64,000 nucleotides of DNA from Cystobasidiomycetes sp. EMM_F5 (taxonomy: Eukaryota), in NCBI GenBank assembly GCA_051047955.1, contig JBPGPT010000012.1, positions 372,001 to 436,000 on the forward strand, written 5' to 3'. A program made the translations under genes and the position numbers. Shown here one piece after another: positions 61,687-64,000 of the stretch. The notes beneath the pieces are model-generated. The model was not told the DNA's origin. It ran no database searches and saw nothing but the letters and a program-made list of their open reading frames with translations. How positions within the stretch are numbered: position 1 is the first letter of the stretch; every line of letters starts with the position of its first letter.

Positions 61687-61986
61687 GTTTCCGAAATTCG
61701 TCCTCTTGAGGCAACACCAGGAGCGAAGGAGAGTCGCATCGAAGTGCGAGTGCCGAGCACAAAACCGCGCTAAGCCGAATCTGATTTTTCCACCTTCCAG
61801 AGCCGTTGGAAACCGTAGCATAATGTCCGTTGAGACATGGGAAATGCTGACAGTGCTTAGCCAATGACGTCGCTTAGACCCACAGAGTTCACATGGTTGC
61901 TGTAAGCGAGGCTGTCAGCGGTGTGTAGATGTACAGAGACGTAAGGGTCGACATGCCTACTGTTTCCCCGCAATGCGAAAATTTCG

Positions 61987-64000
61987 TTAAGTTTCCGATA
62001 AAGGCGGAACGGGAACAGCTAGGCGACCGGAGTCGTTCGCGTGCTTCAGAAAGGCAGCACAGCGAATGCGTTGATGGCTCTCGCATGCACAGCGCCATGT
62101 CCGCTCGGTCGAAGGTACGCCGAGGGCCGTCAATAGCTTGTCTGCTGAAATAGGTATGTATGGCTGTAGTAGAATCGTAGAACGAATGATACCATCCACG
62201 AGTAAAGGCAGGAATGATGCCAGTGCATGGCCATCTGTCATCTTCCATGGCTCTTTTGCCGCCAGCAATTGGTTCATCTATACCAGTGTCAGCTTGCTCA
62301 AGAGGTAACAGTTGGCGACCTCAACAAGTCGCTACTCACATCACCAAAGAACTCCAATACCAGCTCTAATGCTCCAGATATATCGAATCTAGCCATAGCT
62401 TTATCGAAGTCATCTGTCAAGCATCCAAATGAATTTTGACGACGAGAATGCAGACTACGTGAAGCTACCTGTAAGCCGTTCCAGCTTGTGATCGAGTTCA
62501 GAGAGCGAGGTATCCAGCCCGATATCGCCCTCGTAAGCCAAAGCAGTCTCAAATTTGCGCAAGATTGCTTTTGACCTCAGTCGCGTGACGAGATTGCCGC
62601 ACTGGCCTGCCAGATACTTTCGATAATCTCGCTTGACTCCCTCAGGGGTATAGTCTGGCGGATGATAATCAGTATGAAATTGAATTTGGCTACACCAACA
62701 CTTACCAGAATCAGAATCAAGTCGGCCTCGCAATGTCAGGTACAGCCTGATGCCATCGCTAGAGAAGGTTTTCAACGCTTCAAAGGGGTTGACTACGTTT
62801 CCTAGCGATTTCGACATCTTGACGTTGTTCATCGTCCAGTGAGAGTGAGCCAGTATGGTGCCAGGTAGTGGCAAGTCGAGGGCCATCAGCATAGCTGGCC
62901 AGTATATGGAGTGAAAGCTACGCAAAAGGTATGTGAGCGTGTCGTAATGGACGGAAGGCAGCCGCGCGTACCGCAGGATATCTTTGCCAACGAGGTGGAC
63001 GTCGGCTGGCCAGATCGACAACTGCTGCGGTTTAGGATAACCTGTTGCCGACAGATAGTTTGCTAAGGCATCAAACCAGACGTATATTGTATGATTAGGG
63101 TCGTCTGGTACTGGGATACCCCATTGCAGTCGGGCTTGTGGTCTCGAGATGGACAAATCGCCTAGAGGGCCAGCCTCCAAGCTCGACATGATTTCATTGT
63201 AGCGAACTTCTGGGACGATACCTAGCGAGTCACAGCCGTCAGCAAACATCGAGAGGTAATCGACAGTGACTCACATGTGGGACTATTTTTCAAGCGATCT
63301 TTCAGCTGTTGTTGGAAAGAGGACAGCTTAAACATGTAGTTCTCCTCCTCCATCCATTCCACAGGGTGGCCTGAATCGACAGAGCACTACATAGAACACA
63401 CTTCAGCATCACGGCGATCTTGTAAGATAAGTCTGTTCGAACACCTTTCTGACCATGCCGTTTGCATCTGGTCTATCTTCGACCTGTTTCTCTGTCAAGT
63501 ACGTCTCGTCGGATACAGAATACCAGCCGGCGTAAGTCGCCTTGTAAATCAGGTCTTTCTTAACCAGTTCTCGCTATTGATTTCGTTCACAATCAGATTC
63601 GCAGGCTGCCTATCAGTGTGCAAAACTCTCACCCATATGCGCTGTACTGCCAGTTTATGGCCGGCAGCAGTCGTGCGAAAGAAGATATCGTAGTCTACAC
63701 CAGCAGCGTTCGCCAATTCCTGTGAGGCGAACTTCGGGCGTCAAGCTTGCATAGTACAGCGTGATACGACAGCTACATACAGAGAATCTCGTGCTGACTG
63801 TATCGCAAAGCTGTATCGGCGACATGTTTCTCGCTTCTGCTGCTCGCTGTATTTTCATGCCATGCTCATCCGTACCCGTGAGCATGACGGGCGCGCCTCT
63901 TGCATCCCCATCCCTCAGTGCATGGAAACGCTTCAGCACATCAGCTAGGACGAGCGAGTGTAAATGTCCAATGTGGGGATCTGAGTGACGGTGATGGCTG
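61987..64000 (-). CDS. MSM1: Methionyl-tRNA synthetase, mitochondrial type (5' end outside window)
   Basis: PHIGH, TGTDEHGMKIQ, DLSISRP..RLQWGIPVP, YVWFDALANY, GKDILR|FH..YWP and KMSKSLGNVV. Confidence 0.93.

Noticed and set aside
1..64000. Transposons, tRNA/rRNA genes, CRISPR arrays or a secondary-metabolite cluster
   Set aside because: No transposase or RT motifs, terminal repeats, RNA gene signatures, spacer arrays or NRPS/PKS/terpene backbone genes were seen by eye. Small ncRNAs could still be missed without Infernal or tRNAscan.

Overview
Gene-dense, intron-rich eukaryotic DNA with short (~55-110 nt) GT-AG introns and CTRAY-type branch points. Gene content (SCAP, PL14, GT31, basidiomycete-type membrane protein) suggests a basidiomycete fungus; the lineage is inferred. 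I reconstructed about 32 protein-coding genes by hand. Housekeeping genes: DCR2-like phosphoesterase, lysine methyltransferase, RXT3, inositol 5-phosphatase, GT31, SF3B6/p14, CreC/WDR20, Rieske oxygenase, SCAP, PEX12, MCP1, IAH1, RMD5, STE11, VMA8, SPT8 and a partial mitochondrial MetRS. Secreted or surface genes: PL14, a pepsin-like protease, a Mid2-like mucin and two tandem GH16 genes. The most striking observation is a tandem array of four co-oriented micro-genes at 26.9-29.3 kb that the ORF track does not correctly show. Each has one phase-1 intron and encodes a 57-62 aa Arg-rich, Cys-free peptide, and three share a G-R-[GR]-G-Y-N motif. Other features split by introns and not visible in the ORF track are an ADF-H domain on a PH protein (needing a GC-AG intron), a Zn2Cys6 cluster and a small single-TM protein. 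No rRNA, tRNA, transposon or CRISPR was recognised. All family calls come from remembered motifs, not database searches.
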